A DNA stretch of 64,000 nt from positions 19,654,001 to 19,718,000 of the forward strand of contig JBHGNT010000015.1 in the NCBI GenBank assembly GCA_043228905.1, given 5' to 3'. Position numbers and translations under genes: made by a program. The notes beneath the pieces are model-generated. The model searched no databases. It saw nothing but the letters and a program-made list of their open reading frames with translations, and was not told where the DNA came from. How positions within the stretch are numbered: the first letter of the stretch is position 1; every line of letters begins with the position of its first letter. Positions 1 through 13,182 of the stretch are shown here, piece by piece. Origin of the DNA: Azolla caroliniana (lineage: Eukaryota > Plantae > Polypodiophyta).

Positions 1-429
1 TTTCATATTTACTCATCTGTGCTTTGGGTTCACATGCTGATAGTTATTATTAGTCTTCAAATGAAACAAAACCTTCCATATTTTCTTTTGGAAAGTATGA
101 TTTGGATGAAATGTATATTGTGACTCATGTCAAGGTAGTTCCAGCATTCCTTTTCCTCTGTCCTTCCTTCTACAACGTTCTCTTTACCCTAATGTTGATG
201 TTGGTTGAAAGTTTATTGATAGTTGGCTATCTTTCTTTCCTATTTTCAAAGTAAAATAGATTTATGCATATGAACCCATATGCTTTATGCAATTGAACCG
301 ATTTGGCACGCTTTCAATTAATAATTGAGGTCTCCTTTTTGCAACTTCAGCTGCATGGTTTGGTAAGTTATTTAAAGGCACACATCATCTGGAATCACTA
401 AAAGTAGTACTAATTTTGCTGTTTGATAG

Positions 430-2543
430 GTATCTTTGAATGCGCTTGGTCTTCTTTTGCGCCTTGAGTTGCGTGGTTATGGGGATTGCATACGGACCCA
501 CATTTTTGAAGTAGCAGAGCATCTATGTGATCCAGTAAGGCAGATTCTGAAACAATGAACTGTTTTTGTAATTAAAGAACTGAACATGATGCTTCAGGAA
601 GAAATGCTTATTATCCTTTTTTTGTCCTTTTCTAATATACTTGGTCATGCCTAGATGTTGTGGCACAATGAGTGGCTCTTGGATGGCCTGGCTGTTTGGG
701 CTTTAGCTTATGTGGGCCAGTTGAGCACATCAGAACAACTTCTAAAACAGATACAGGAAAGGTGAGGCATATTTATTATTAGTTGACACGAGTTCTTATA
801 TGGATAGCAAGCTGACTGTGGAACTTTTGAACAGAGTCCATTCCTTGGGTCCAAATGAACAAGGAAACCTACAGGTGTTTGTAAAGGTACGTCTTTGAAT
901 GCTAAATAGATCTGGTTATGGCGAACTTTCTGCTATTTTTAGTGGAACTTTCTGCAAGTCTTAGCGATATTGGAGAATTTGATTGTTAATGGTACACACT
1001 CTCTGCTGGCTGAATATGATCCCAAATGAAAAATAAGGAGGCATCCAGACTTCCCTTTCTATATGTCAGCTCAAAGTAATGATAAAAACATCAAGCTTCA
1101 AAATTAAAAATGCAAGTTTGGACAGTTTTTGTTTAAGTTTGATAGATTTTATGAGACTGAATGAGATATGCTGTGTCATATTTGCAAACAATAAACCAAA
1201 ATACATATAACTCAATTAGTAAAGCTGTGTAAGGTACTAGCTATTCTTGTTAGCTAAGCACTTAACATTCTGAGCTTAGATGAACTTAAACTTCTGCCTT
1301 GAAGGATTTCCAACATAGGCCAATCCAAGATGGAGTAGTCTCCAGAGTGAGGCAAGCACCGTTGATGTGGGAGGGATAATTTCCTTGATTGGTTGATAAC
1401 AAGGGTGATGGGGGGCATGGTCTAGATGGAGGTGTCTTACATGCACGATAAAATGTCTATTGTCCGATTTATTGCAATCCATTTGAATGTTGTGGTCGAA
1501 ACTCTTCTTGTGTAGCCCTTGGTTGACCTGTAACGTGAATGTTGCAGCTAAAGAAGGTTGTGATGGTTTTTTGCTGATGAATTTTTGTAGTTGTATTGTT
1601 AACATTCCACAAGTTCTGTCTATGTCTCTCGATTTCTAATAAGAACAAGAACAATCATAAGTATCCTTGCTCTTTATATTCCATTACCTTGTGAAGTGGA
1701 CTAAACCCGTCTTCAGAGAGACAGTGGTATCTCCCTTGTATTTCATAAAAAACACTACAATGAGAAACATAAAGAGAGATGAAATGTTACATCCCAATGA
1801 TATTTGTTACAAGGTCTTATTTTTGCAGCTTGCTGAGAGCATGTATGAGTATGGGAAAGGTAACCCTGAAGAAGCCTTCAATGTCCTGGGCGCTTCCTTT
1901 GATACTCTTCAGCTCAAGGTGTGGTGGTTGGCTCAATTTCAATGCATATATTGTAACCATTTTCATTATGCAGAGACAAAATCCTGGTGGTGTTATTTTT
2001 TTAACAATTAGGTTATTGGAGCATCAGATGAGCAGCTAGATGTGTTTGAAGAGATGATGTGTATCGCTGCTCTTCGTTCCAATCAATTCCAACAAGGTTT
2101 TACAAATTTCTCTCTGTTTTTTTCATATTAGTTTAGGAAATATTGGCTCGTTTTCAGAGATTAGTTTGAGAAATTTTGGGTTTATTTTAAACTAGCAATT
2201 TATTTTCTAGTGTCAGCGGTATTACAACGGCGTGCTACTACATTTCATGGATCTCCTTTTGTGTGGGAACTGATGGTATAATAAGTCTTTCTAAAAAGAG
2301 ACATCTTTGAGATCTTTCAATTGTTAGAAGTCTGAAAATGACTGAAATTTTGGCTTAAGACCAAATCCGAGCATCTTTTTTTAGCTTAAGGCTCAAAATT
2401 ATTTTTGTTTTTTCGTTTAGGGGGAGTTTTACAACAAGACAGGAATGCTAGAAAAAGCTAAAAATGCCGCGATGCGTGCAACCTCTATTAAAGAGCACTA
2501 TCTGAAATCAATCTCTACAATACAAGCTCAAATCTCTTCATAA
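430..2543 (+). CDS. TTC38: Tetratricopeptide repeat protein 38 homolog, 3' portion (5' exons upstream or unresolved)
   Basis: GT-AG exons 430-534, 655-761, 835-886, 1829-1918, 2012-2096, 2211-2275, 2421-2543 splice in frame to VSLNALGLLLRLELRG...WHNEWLLDGLAVWALA...LAESMYEYGKGN...VIGASDEQLDVFEEM...GSPFVWELM...SS*. The NALGLLLRL and IGASDEQLDVF motifs match plant TTC38. Confidence 0.9.
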
Positions 2544-4445
2544 TAATGTTTTCAATATTTTCACAAATCACCTACTACTGAAAAGAAAGAGTAAAAAACA
2601 GTGTAAATATGTTATGTCATTTAACAATATAAAAACCTCATCAGAAGGCAACTCCTTGTTGCCACCTGACCTTGGATTTCCTTGAAATGATTATTTGTTA
2701 CAAATGTCCTGTTTACTTTTTGGCGATCATTGCCAAAATGCTTTATACAAGCATCAAATGGGAAAAAACTATTGGGATAAGCGATGCTTTATTATCCTTT
2801 TTTTATTTGTAAAATGATGGGGTAGTTTCCGTCATTGAGAGTGGTGGGAATCAAACTGATGTTGGTTTTTTATGGATTTTAACATGAATATACTTTTGAA
2901 GATACTTCTTCTCACAGAGAGTTTTGTGTGGGTGATTCTTATATTTATTGTTGGTATATCCTAATGAATCTCGAATCAATAGATGAAACCTTGTTATGTA
3001 AATATTATTTTGATTATATCTTCTTACAATGACTTGCATAGACATCTGGGAGGGTGGAACAAGTCATCTTCTACTATTGCTTTAGTTCCCAAATGAAGGG
3101 TTTGAACAAATATCTTTATGATTGCACTTAATAATCAAGTTCTATCATCAAAATGCTGAGTAAAAAACAAACTTTTTGAAAGAATAAGCAAGTAGATAAC
3201 ATGAAACTGTGTGACATTTCACAAAACTTGAAGCATTGTATGTCAGCAATATTTTATTTTTATTTTATTTCCAAAAAATATATCAGCAATAATTACCCCA
3301 TTACTTTTCTTTGTTTCACTAATATTTGTGTACGCATTAGGGATTTTCATGTTTATCCTAATAAGTATTAAAATCTATATTTTTGTGTGAATATACAAAT
3401 AAATAACTATATAATGAGGATTTTGGCCAAGAAAAGATAATCATTCATGAATATTTAGAGGGCAAAATGATAGACAACAGTCACAAAAGAGTCAAACAAA
3501 AATTAAAAGAATTAGGAACTAATTTGCATGCTTGGTAGGAGCCTAATCTACAGGTTGCTTCATTATCGTTATTCAACTTGACTAGACAAGAAAAGCTAAA
3601 ACCAAGAACCTAGTCCGTGTTGCACATTTCATGACCTTACCCTAACTTGATTAAATCTTAGAATGCATCACACGTTTCATTATTTCACCTCAACCTCAAC
3701 CTTGACATCACTTCAATCCCAATTCTATAACCTGCACCCCAACCTCAACTCAGTTAGAACCTAGTTCGCATCACATAATTGAGTTGACCCCAACCTCATT
3801 ATCAAACCCCAACCTATACCCCACCGAACCTCATTGTTAGAACCCCAACCTAGACCCCACTAAACCTCATTATCATACTCTGAACTTAAACCTTAAACCC
3901 TAAACGATCATGACCCAACCTCAATTTGAATAGAACCCAATATGCATCACATATTTCATTATCTAGTCTCAACCCTAAACCCTCAACCCGACCAAACCCC
4001 ACACACGTCATTATCCATCGTCAACTTGACCAAACCCTAGAACACATTCAACGATGTCTAGACACTGAGAAAAAGTGTCGCTTTTGAGGACCATTATATG
4101 TATGTTGGGTAGTGTGTGTGTGTGTGTATGTGTGTTTTAGTAACACTTTTATTACTAGTGGGAAACCTCAATGTGAGCTGAAAACCCACAAAGAATAAAG
4201 AGAAATATACAAGTGTTGATTAGACACTAAAGAGCTTGGAAGCACTCAAAGTAAATAGTGTAAATTTGCAGTGTGATGTCTCTAAGTTGTAGACAATCAA
4301 ATAGAGATGGGTGTGTGTGTGTGTAAGAGAGAGAGAGAGAGAGATTGCCTAGATGGATGTAGTTCAATTGGTAAGGTTGTTCAATGGAGACTAGGAGGTC
4401 ATGGGTTCAATCCCAACATTCCATAGTGGCATCTAGTGAATTAAG
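2535..4445. repeat. Copy 1 of a ~1.6-1.9 kb dispersed duplication
   Basis: Colinear similarity with 13183-14780 from 'ctcttcataataatgttt' through the C-rich aacct/aaccc region, (GT)n(GA)n and the tRNA-like element. Copy 1 has extra inserts. Confidence 0.9.
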
Positions 4446-4525
4446 ATATATATAATTATGAAGTATATAATAAAGAGGTGAGGATGCACTAAACCTACCA
4501 CTAAGGTAGGCTAATTACGATAAAG
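4347..4525. mobile_element. tRNA-derived short element (internally deleted copy) next to (GA)n
   Basis: ggatgtagttcaattggtaag (A-box-like) ... gggttcaatccc (B-box-like); homologous to copies at 14688, 14882 and 27878-28400. Confidence 0.75.
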
Positions 4526-4559
4526 AACAAAACTAAAAACAAAGAGAGAGATTGGGGGC

Positions 4560-5710
4560 TACAAGACATGTGTTCAGACTCACAAACATGGATATCTATT
4601 GTTCAATATTTCATTGCCACATGGGAGGACACCGATTAAGGCTTCATGGTGGCAATTATTGAATGTATGTATTTCACTTAAGTTTCCGGGCTCTTCATGT
4701 GTTCAACAATTGGTTATCTCATTGCAAGAAGCACTCTTGTTATGCGTATGGAAACCATCATCTAGTATAGAGCATTTTAATTCTTTGCAAAAAGAGTTAC
4801 TTGTGTCTTATCGGTTATTATGTTGGCAAGAAAAGGAGAGATTACGCTCTCAGTTTAATCATTTGTTTCGTTTGGGGGTAAAAGAGGTGGGAGATATAGT
4901 TGAGGCTCCATCTCAAAGAATTTTGGAGTTTGTTAAAGTGCGAATATTATTACGCATCCCGCCTAATTATGAGTTTACTTAGCAACATCTACAAAATATT
5001 GCATTGATGCAAGGTCCTTTACCTCTACAACACCCCATGGATCGATTGGTGTTTACGAGGATAGACGTCATTGTTACAAGTGACTACTAATGTTTTGTAT
5101 CATTGCTTCGTTGAGCCTCTTGGATGGCTATTATCTAAGGCTGAAGAAGAAGGAAAATACACAAAGGTGATCATGGGTGGTGGTAGATCTTAAAACGTAG
5201 TTGGCATTCTAAATTGTCACTTGTCACAAAGGTCTTCATTTGGAGAGTTTTGATTGGATGATTGCTTGTGGGATCAACTCTAAAAGTGTCATGGACTAGC
5301 AATGAGTAATTGCTCCATTTGTGTTGTTCAAATGGAAGATAGTACTCATCGTTTTATACAATGTCTGATTGCTTGTCAGATTTGGAGTTACATTGCTCAA
5401 ATTTGGCCAGTGTTATCACGATGTTATTTGACACATAGACAATGGGTGTTTCCACAATTTACATATGTTGACTCAAAATCAGAGATGGAGATCATTTTCC
5501 TATTTCCCAGGTATTGGGGATTGTGTCATAATCGGGACATGTGCAATGATTTTGTACTCAATGGTAGACATGGAGTGAAAGCATATCTGCGAAAGTTGAA
5601 CGGAGTACAAAGGTGACAAATTTTCTTTATTGGAGCAAGTGGAAATTCATTCGTTAGTGGAGTGTTCGTGTTGCCTATTGACAATTCAACATGTTCTAGT
5701 ACCCATGTAG
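4560..5710 (+). mobile_element. Degenerate L1/Tx1-type LINE ORF2 3' fragment (zf-RVT region)
   Basis: Broken ORFs 4599-4982 and 5302-5616 with CSIC..EDSTHRFIQC..ACQIW (zf-RVT type) and upstream KVFIWRV; stops and frameshifts. Confidence 0.75.
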
Positions 5711-5811
5711 CGTAGTTAGTGCGTGACCATACTCCATTGTGATACCCATTGTAATTTGTAAGTAGTGTTTTTCACACACATTTATTAATACTTATTACTA
5801 ACAATCGACAA

Positions 5812-6302
5812 TGGTTCGGTTTAGTTTGAGAGGGTCAAAACCGAACTGTTAATTTTTTTTGAAAACTGAACCGAACCGAACCGAACCACAAAATCGTTAA
5901 ACTGAACCATTAAAAAAATTTCACGCTGTTAAGCCATTAAACCAATAAAATCGCGGTTTCATGGTTCATTTTTGGTTTTCAGCTTAGGTCAAAATTTAAA
6001 TTAAAAAATTGTAAATTTTAAAAATTTAAACTATTTCATTATTTAAAATTTCAATATTTCAAAATTTAAAATATTTTATTATTTAAATTTTTCAAAATTT
6101 CAAAATTTCAAAATTTTCAAAAAAATGTGAGAATATGGCATGAAAATGAAAAGATTGTTTAAAAAAATGAAAAAAAAATCACTAAACCATTTAAACCGCA
6201 GTTTCTAACTGTTGAAACTGAACCAAACTGTTAAGAAAAAAACCCGAACCTTAACTAAGCCGAACAGTTTTTACCGTTAAGTTGCGGTTTTGCGGTTCGG
6301 TT
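5812..6302. mobile_element. Non-autonomous DNA element/MITE with AACCG/GGTT subterminal repeats and AT-rich core
   Basis: Clusters of aaccgaaccg/ggttcgg at both ends flanking an A/T-rich core. Confidence 0.55.
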
Positions 6303-6361
6303 ATACATAGTATATAATTGTGTGTTTTCACCAAAGAAAGAGAGAGAGAGAGAGAGGGACA

Positions 6362-7002
6362 TAAGTAATTATTTCTGCCCAAGGTTGGGTACCTATGCAC
6401 ATACCTTTGAAAAGATTGAATCTTCGAGCCACCATATGATCTTCTAAATTTAGTAAAGTAGCACCCCCTAACCGTTTTGGGGTACAAATATTGTTCCATG
6501 ATACCTAACTCATACCAAGGTTTGTGTCTTTCTTCCATAGTGTATATTTAAGTGAACGAGCTAAATGATCAAGTGATTTCTTTGTCCACGGTAACAATGA
6601 CAAAAAATAAGAAATCATTGGAATCATTGGAATCATTATAGATTGTACCGCTTTGAGACGAGTACTAAATGGCCATGCTTGAGACTTCCAATACATAAAT
6701 TTGTCCAAAATGGTTCCCGATATCCAATTCAAACTTTGTGATGATGAGATATCAACACCAATAGGGTAACCAAGTGTCGACACACATTCCCTTGATCTAA
6801 TATTTGGCCACCCCATCCAAGCTCCACCAGATCACTCTCAATGCATCTAATGAACATCGACTTTTGCATATTTATATGTAATCCTGATGCCAATGCGAAC
6901 ACATTCCACACCTCCATGGTTTTAGCTATGTTATCAAGTGTTGCTTTGAGAAATAAAAATGAATCATTAGCCAATGCTTGGGCGATCAAATGTTTCCCTG
7001 AT
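6362..7002 (-). mobile_element. L1-type LINE RT fragment (inverted segment)
   Basis: Minus-strand reads AQALANDS (degenerate FADD), FALASGLHINMQKS, LGYPIG, VSWNNICTPKRLGG, GTQPW; frameshifted. Confidence 0.8.
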
Positions 7003-7534
7003 TGTTACGAGCATGACCATATAATATCCCGTGGTAAGAATTTACCGTAGTATTCTATACACGTGGATAAGTGTGAGGGTTAAATGAGAGTGTAAAGAAG
7101 GGGAGGATTACTTTTAATCCTCGGGATTGAGACAACCCATTAGGTCAAGTGTGAACTTGCCTGGGGGCCTTGGGTATCGCTATAAATAAGAGGCCTAGCT
7201 ACCCTCATTTGATGATCTTTTGACTACATCGAGACTCTGCTCGTGTGGTGGGTCAACTCTTGTAGCGAGCGCGCCAGCACCAGGTACGACTCGACGCCAC
7301 GGCGGTGGTATGGGACGCTGATCGAGGCTCGAGTCCGTCTCGATCCCTTCGCTCGGGGGTGGTCGGGTGGATCGGCACCCTTCTTTCTCTTTCTCCTTTC
7401 TATCTTTCATTTCTTTATCCTTATCTTAAGCTTACTTTAGTACATAGATCTATAATACTGATGGTAGAGCTAATCCAACTATTTCCCCACGTGTCGCCAA
7501 CTCATGCATCCTCACCCAAATCAGGTGTGTAGCA
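7003..7534 (+). mobile_element. LTR-like segment (~530 bp, possible solo LTR)
   Basis: Starts tgttac, ends gtagca (imperfect inverted termini, TG...CA); internal tataaat; GC/CpG-richer than flanks; no convincing TSD. Confidence 0.5.
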
Positions 7535-8420
7535 ATTGCAAACGAGAATTACAACTTTCGTGGTGGCATGTTGTTAATAGTACCCGACAATTTAAGTGTT
7601 CAGAATCTAGTGTGGTTCAACAATTGGTGCTTTCTTGGCAATAGTGTTTGGAGTTGTTTAATTGGAGGCCTCCTGAGTGTAGAAAAGATATAAATTCATT
7701 GGCAGCAGAGGTGTTAACAGCTTCAAGGATATTACACTGGGAGGGAAAAGAAAGTCTAAATTCACGGTTCAATCAAATGGCAAGGCTAGGTTTGATAAAT
7801 GTAGAAGATGGTATTTTAGAGTCACGTAGGAAAATGATGGCCTTTCGGACAATCAGAAATAAGTTTCATATACCGCGTGGATATGGGTATATTTGGCAAT
7901 CAATATTGGCATTCATTGCCTACATTAATTTTCCCAATTCCAGAGTTGGTGGTCGAGGAACCATGGAAAGATTGGTCATTTGGTAATGGGAAATCAATTT
8001 ATGTGGTGCATACTAATGATGTGTACCATAAGTTGGTTGAAGATAGAGCTTGGTTAGAAAATAAGGTGTTGGATACATGGAGCATTACTAGAAATGTAAA
8101 GTGGTGGTGTAGAGTTTTAGATGCAGGGTGGGCAGTCTCATCTTCCATTCCGTGCAAAGGTGTTTCTTTGGCATGCCACGGTTGGTGGGTTGCCTTTGGC
8201 GATGGCCTTAAAACGAAGACATATTTCGAATATGGGACATGTTTTTTCTGTACGGTGTGTTTGAAGAAGAGTGCCTTGCCAGACATAGGGTTCATTACAT
8301 GTTCGGTTGCTAAGGCCATTTGGGTGATTATGTCAAAAATTTGGGCATCGATAGGGAGCCGATGTTTCGCCATGGAATCCGTCCGTGGTTGCGCCAGATC
8401 GCAAAAGATCACCACCTGAT
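7535..8420 (+). mobile_element. L1-type LINE ORF2 3' fragment (forward segment)
   Basis: CKRELQLSWW..SVVQQLV is homologous to 4620-4720; downstream KVFLW-like region and CFFCTV...FITCSVAKAIW zf-RVT. Confidence 0.75.
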
Positions 8421-8742
8421 GCAGACAATGGATATCACACTCCAGGTATTTGTTATGTGAGAAGTCTAAGGTTTTGGGTTTTTTTGCCAGTTTCATGTTT
8501 CTCCTGAGTTTTGTGATAATGTATGTCAATTAATAACAATTGATAGAAGCGTTGATTTTATTAATGAGTATAAGATCACGACCTGATGCAGACAATGGAT
8601 ATCACACTCCAGGTATTTATTCTGTGAGAAGTCAAGGTTTCGGGTTTTTTTTGCCAGTTTCATGTTTCTCCTGAGTTTTGTGATAGTGTATGTCAATTAA
8701 TAGCAATTGATAGAAGCGTTGATTTTATTAATGAGTATAAGA
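8414..8742. repeat. Tandem duplication, ~165 bp x2
   Basis: acctgatgcagacaatggatatcacactccagg...ttaatgagtataaga at 8414 and 8581. Confidence 0.9.
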
Positions 8743-9008
8743 CTATTAAATATTCAGATATAAGATATGAAAAGTTATTTCGGATTTGAACAGTTATTTC
8801 TGGATTCATGTGAATTAGTGTTCACATTCTCCCTACCTTTTGTGAGAATTATAAGCTATGGCTGTTTTTATTTGAAGTTACATTAATAAGTCCAATAGCT
8901 TTGCAGCAAAAGTCAAATTTGGGTTTTGGTACTGCTTTTGTGCTTTTGTAGGAGTATAATCGATGGCGAGGATTGGTTGACCTTCTTTGGTTCCTTCTAT
9001 CAGTTCTT

Positions 9009-9660
9009 TTACATAAAAATACTTGTAGTCAATTGTTTAGTATTTTTAGGATTGTAAAGTTGACATCCTTTCTTGCCGAAGTGGTCACCATAGCCGATAA
9101 AAATTTGCTTGGTTGCTCGATCTTCTAGTTCATTTCTGGTTGCATCGGGTACATATGAGTATGCTGTACTACCAAAGATATTTAGGTGAGAGAGATCGGG
9201 TTTGATACCTGACAATTTTTCGAATGCTGAGTGTTGTCGTAGGCAATCTATTTTGTAAATAGTAAGCTATCATCATGGATTCTTCCCAAAAGGTGTTTGG
9301 GAGGTTTGCAGTAGCATTGATCGAGCAGCATCCATGAGTGTACGATTCTTTCTCTCTGCTTTTCCGTTTTGTTGAGGATGTGGTATGGTTGTCTGATGCA
9401 GGAATCCTTGTGATTGTAGTATGTTATCGAATTCTTTTGAAGTGAATTCGCCTCCATTATCACTTTGTAGGATTTGGATTTTTTGATTTAATCGGTTTTC
9501 AACAAGATTTTTATAGGCTAAGAAATGGGATAGGGCTTCAGATCTCTTTTTAAGGAAAGTGGTGATGGTGTAGTGTGTGTAGTCATCGATAAATGTGAGA
9601 AAGTAAAGAGCTCCGGTGAGGGAGGATATGTCTGATGATTTGGGATAGAGATGAGACAAC
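9009..9660 (-). mobile_element. Ty1/Copia integrase fragment
   Basis: YFLTFIDDY, ILQSDNGGEF, QQNGKAERKNRTLMDAARSML, KPDLSHLNIFGS, FIGY; frameshifted. Confidence 0.92.
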
Positions 9661-10906
9661 TTATGTTCCAGGCTTCAGTTGTTTACTTATGATGTTCAAT
9701 TTCTAGTTCTAAATTTACATTGGATCCATTTCTCGAGGAAAGAAACATCAACAGGAGTATTTGTGTTGAAGCTGACTCTATTTTTTAGTTCAGTGGTGGT
9801 TTGTGTATGTCTGTCTCGTAATGGGTTATATGGCAATTTAAAAGGTGCTATTATTTTACGATAGCCTCAATTGTGGTTTTTCTTACTCTTTTTCAACAGG
9901 AATTAGATTAACATCATGCCAATGTAGTAAGAGATTTATATCTATTATATAGATACATGCATACATGTAAATATGTACAAGCATCTTTGCATGTATATAT
10001 ATATATATACATTAATGTATGTACTTATGTATGCGTTTATATGTACTAAACTTCAGGCATTGTATATGGCTGTGAAACCTTAGAACTATTCTGGCAGAAT
10101 AAACAGAACAGAAAAGTTTTTGGCGATGTGCTTGATATATATCTTGGTATGCAATTGATTTTAGAACAGTTTTCAGGATCTGTAGCATGTCAGGTTATTT
10201 GTCTCAACGTTGCCCTAGCTGCACAGTGGATGTTCCCATATTTGCAATAAGAAATTCGTGTGAATACTGTCTTTGTATGTGTTTTATGTAGCTATAATTC
10301 TACTCTCAGAGAAGTTAGGGTTTCTGTTTATTTAGCATCAGATGTTGTTTTGAATGTCCTAAATGCACACAGACATTCCATTCCACCTGTTAGGTTCTAG
10401 TGTTTTTTTTTTGTGCCTGATGAAATAATAGGAGAAATGACTGCAAATAATGTCTATGAGCCACCGAATATTAATGCAATTTGCACAAAGTTCTTTCATT
10501 TGATATATTATGCCATATCCTTTGTTTGTGAGAGAAATGAGCTCAGCAAGTTTTTGACAGTAGGTTGTGCAGTTAAGATGCATGATGAAAAAGCTGGAGT
10601 TCGGTTAAAATTGTGACAGGATATTGATGGCATTATGTTCTTGTCTTCTATAGGTTCTGCTGCATACGAGCAAAGCGTGTCAAAGCCATGCGTGAGGCTC
10701 TTCAGGTTAGTTTGATGACGCAACATATGGATTGAGTGGGTAAGCAACAGATAATGTATCCATCAAGAGTATTTATTTTCTTGTGGGGATGCAATGCAGA
10801 CATAAAGAGTGTTAGAAACTTTAAGTGTAAAGGAAAGTTTTTGGATGCTGAATATGTTAGTTTTGAAAATTCTAGGAATTGAAAGAAACTTGTTCAATGA
10901 ATGCAG

Positions 10907-12273
10907 AGTTTTGGGCCCATCAAGACCATCTGCAGAGATGCTAGAGGCTGCAGCTAGGTTAACTGAGGCAGGGTCAATGTTAAGGTGAGCAATTCAAACG
11001 TTTTCCATCGAACAATCCAAACTTAGGGAAAAACCTTGAGCTTTTCTTTAGTTCCTTCGAATGCTCCTGACCTTTCATTATTAAGCCCTTGGCTAACCCC
11101 CGGCAGATAGAACAAAGACAATGAAAGTAGCACATATAATTGTTAAAAAGGGAAGCATGATCCTATAATTACTTAAAAGATGGACCTCATCTTGCTTTTC
11201 AGGGTAGACCAAGGGCATTTGGGGAAATAAAAAACCTCAGTAGCAGTCTGGAGTTTTTCTCTAAAACTTACCATATTCTAATTAGCATAGTGATTTGCAG
11301 GGCAGACGATGAAGAGCTCAAACAAAGGTGAGTTGACAAATCTGCTCCTGTATAATGAGGCTTTAAAGATCTTCAAGATCCCATAAAGGTGAGTTGACAA
11401 ATCTGCTCCTGTATAATGAGCTATCACAAGTCATTACATGCACTGTGAGTTAATGTTTTGCTTTAACTTAAATTTCCCTGCTTTTGTTTATGCAGCGCTC
11501 TATAATTGATTAGGAGGTTGAGGACAAAGAGACAAGGGAAGAATTTGAGGTATTTTTGACTGTAAAATTCTTCTTTTTCTCAAATTTGAGGGATGCTCTT
11601 ATTCTAATTTCGGTTACTGGATAAATGTATTCAAGTAAAATCTGTTACTATTATAAATGGACCTTAGGCAACTTGTTTTGATTTAAGTTATGCTTCTGCA
11701 GGCTGAACAGAAGGCAAAAGGAGAAGCAGCCCAATGGCGTAATTTTTTTTTAGCAAATCGACTAGAAGTGGCAGAGGTGATACAAGTGCATGGACGGACA
11801 CTCCTTTAGAAAAGGCTCATAAAGCAAAGATGGTGTAAGTGAAATTGATTTATTATGGAAGTGGAGTTCTTTGCAAAACATTATGTGCTATGTGTTTGAA
11901 ACTTTTCTTCCTCGCGTGAAGGTATTGGAAGCATACAAACAAGCATCACTGACATGAGGTATGGAGGATGGTAGAAATATCAACAATCGTGACCTTGAGG
12001 CAGCAGATATTATCGATCAATTTAACACTGTAAAACGTGTGATCTCTCTAAAAGCACCGAGCTGAACGGTCTAAGAAAGTTAAGAAAGAAAAGAAGAAAG
12101 AAGCATCAACGTCAGCGCCACCTGAATGGACCGAAGCTCATCCTTGGAATCCTTGGGATCGGGAAAAGAACTTAGCAGCAGGTAGAAAAAGTGTAAATTT
12201 GGACAAGAAAAGTATGGTTGAAGGGTTAACTTCAAGATTCTTGTCTTCTTCTACGAAACGGAGCTTCCTTTGA
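10907..12273 (+). pseudogene. Pseudogene of plant DnaJ-domain/GPALPP1 (DUF3752)-like protein (Arabidopsis AT1G65280 type)
   Basis: Exon remnants VLGPSRPSAEMLEAAARLTEA, DLQDPIK, AAQWR, GRGDTSAWTDTPLEKA, LEAYKQ, HPWNPWDREKNLAAGR..GLTSRF..RSFL*. In-frame TAG 11511 and TGA 11955, frameshifts; the J-domain core (HPD) is missing. Confidence 0.85.
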
Positions 12274-13182
12274 GACCTACATGCATATACTTGCTTTTGG
12301 GAGGCTTGGTATTGCAACACAAAAAATTGAATGAATTTATCCAGTTATTGTCAAAACAAAATTCTCCATGTACGTTCCTGATTGTGCTCTTATCCACAGC
12401 ATCTATTATTTATTATGACTGTATTGTGAGTTTTGACTATACTGTTGGTGATGGTGCAGTGTTTATGTAGGAACTTGAGAAAGTAAAAAAGGGCGTCCGA
12501 TATAAAACTCTAGTTTTGTGCAAATCAGGGAGAGTTAGGTGGCATATGATTCACTTTGAGTGTCAGTATAAGGAACTGTGCACGAGATTTCCACTCCCAT
12601 GTAGCTTCTTGTCATTCAATTGCCATATAAAAGAAAAGGACATGTAAGTTGCTCTTAACTGTTGCAATTTGTTTTTAAACATATTATGGATGGAGCACAA
12701 GGGCATTTTTATGTCTCCTTATCCAAGCATGTGTTCATTTGGATATGGACTAATAAAATGCGGAACAATACTCTTTATGTGAGATGTGGGTGAAGAGGGA
12801 GAACTGGAACGTATGATGCTAATGTCTCGAATGCAAAAGAGCAAAATGAACTTCAAGGAAAAAGCCATGACCATACTTGCACCAACTGTCGTATCAAAGG
12901 CCTACAGATGCAACACGAATTATGGATGTTGAGGATTCCTTTCCATTGCATGATATTCTTTACAAGCTTCTTGGGGGATCAAGTGTGATGGCAAGAATCA
13001 AACCAATGAGGCACAAATAGTGTTAAAGCATGATAAAACTCAAACATTTAGTGAATTTCATCTTCTCCATTTAGGATAGACAGCCCAATGAAACATAAAA
13101 AATGAGTGGAAGTCGAATCACTCTCATATTCTTGTTGGGTTTACCTACAGAAGACAATTAATTGATGAACAATGGAGTAGTA

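Noticed and set aside
3700-4040. Interstitial telomere array
   Set aside because: Only scattered aaaccct/aacct motifs, not tandem TTTAGGG runs.
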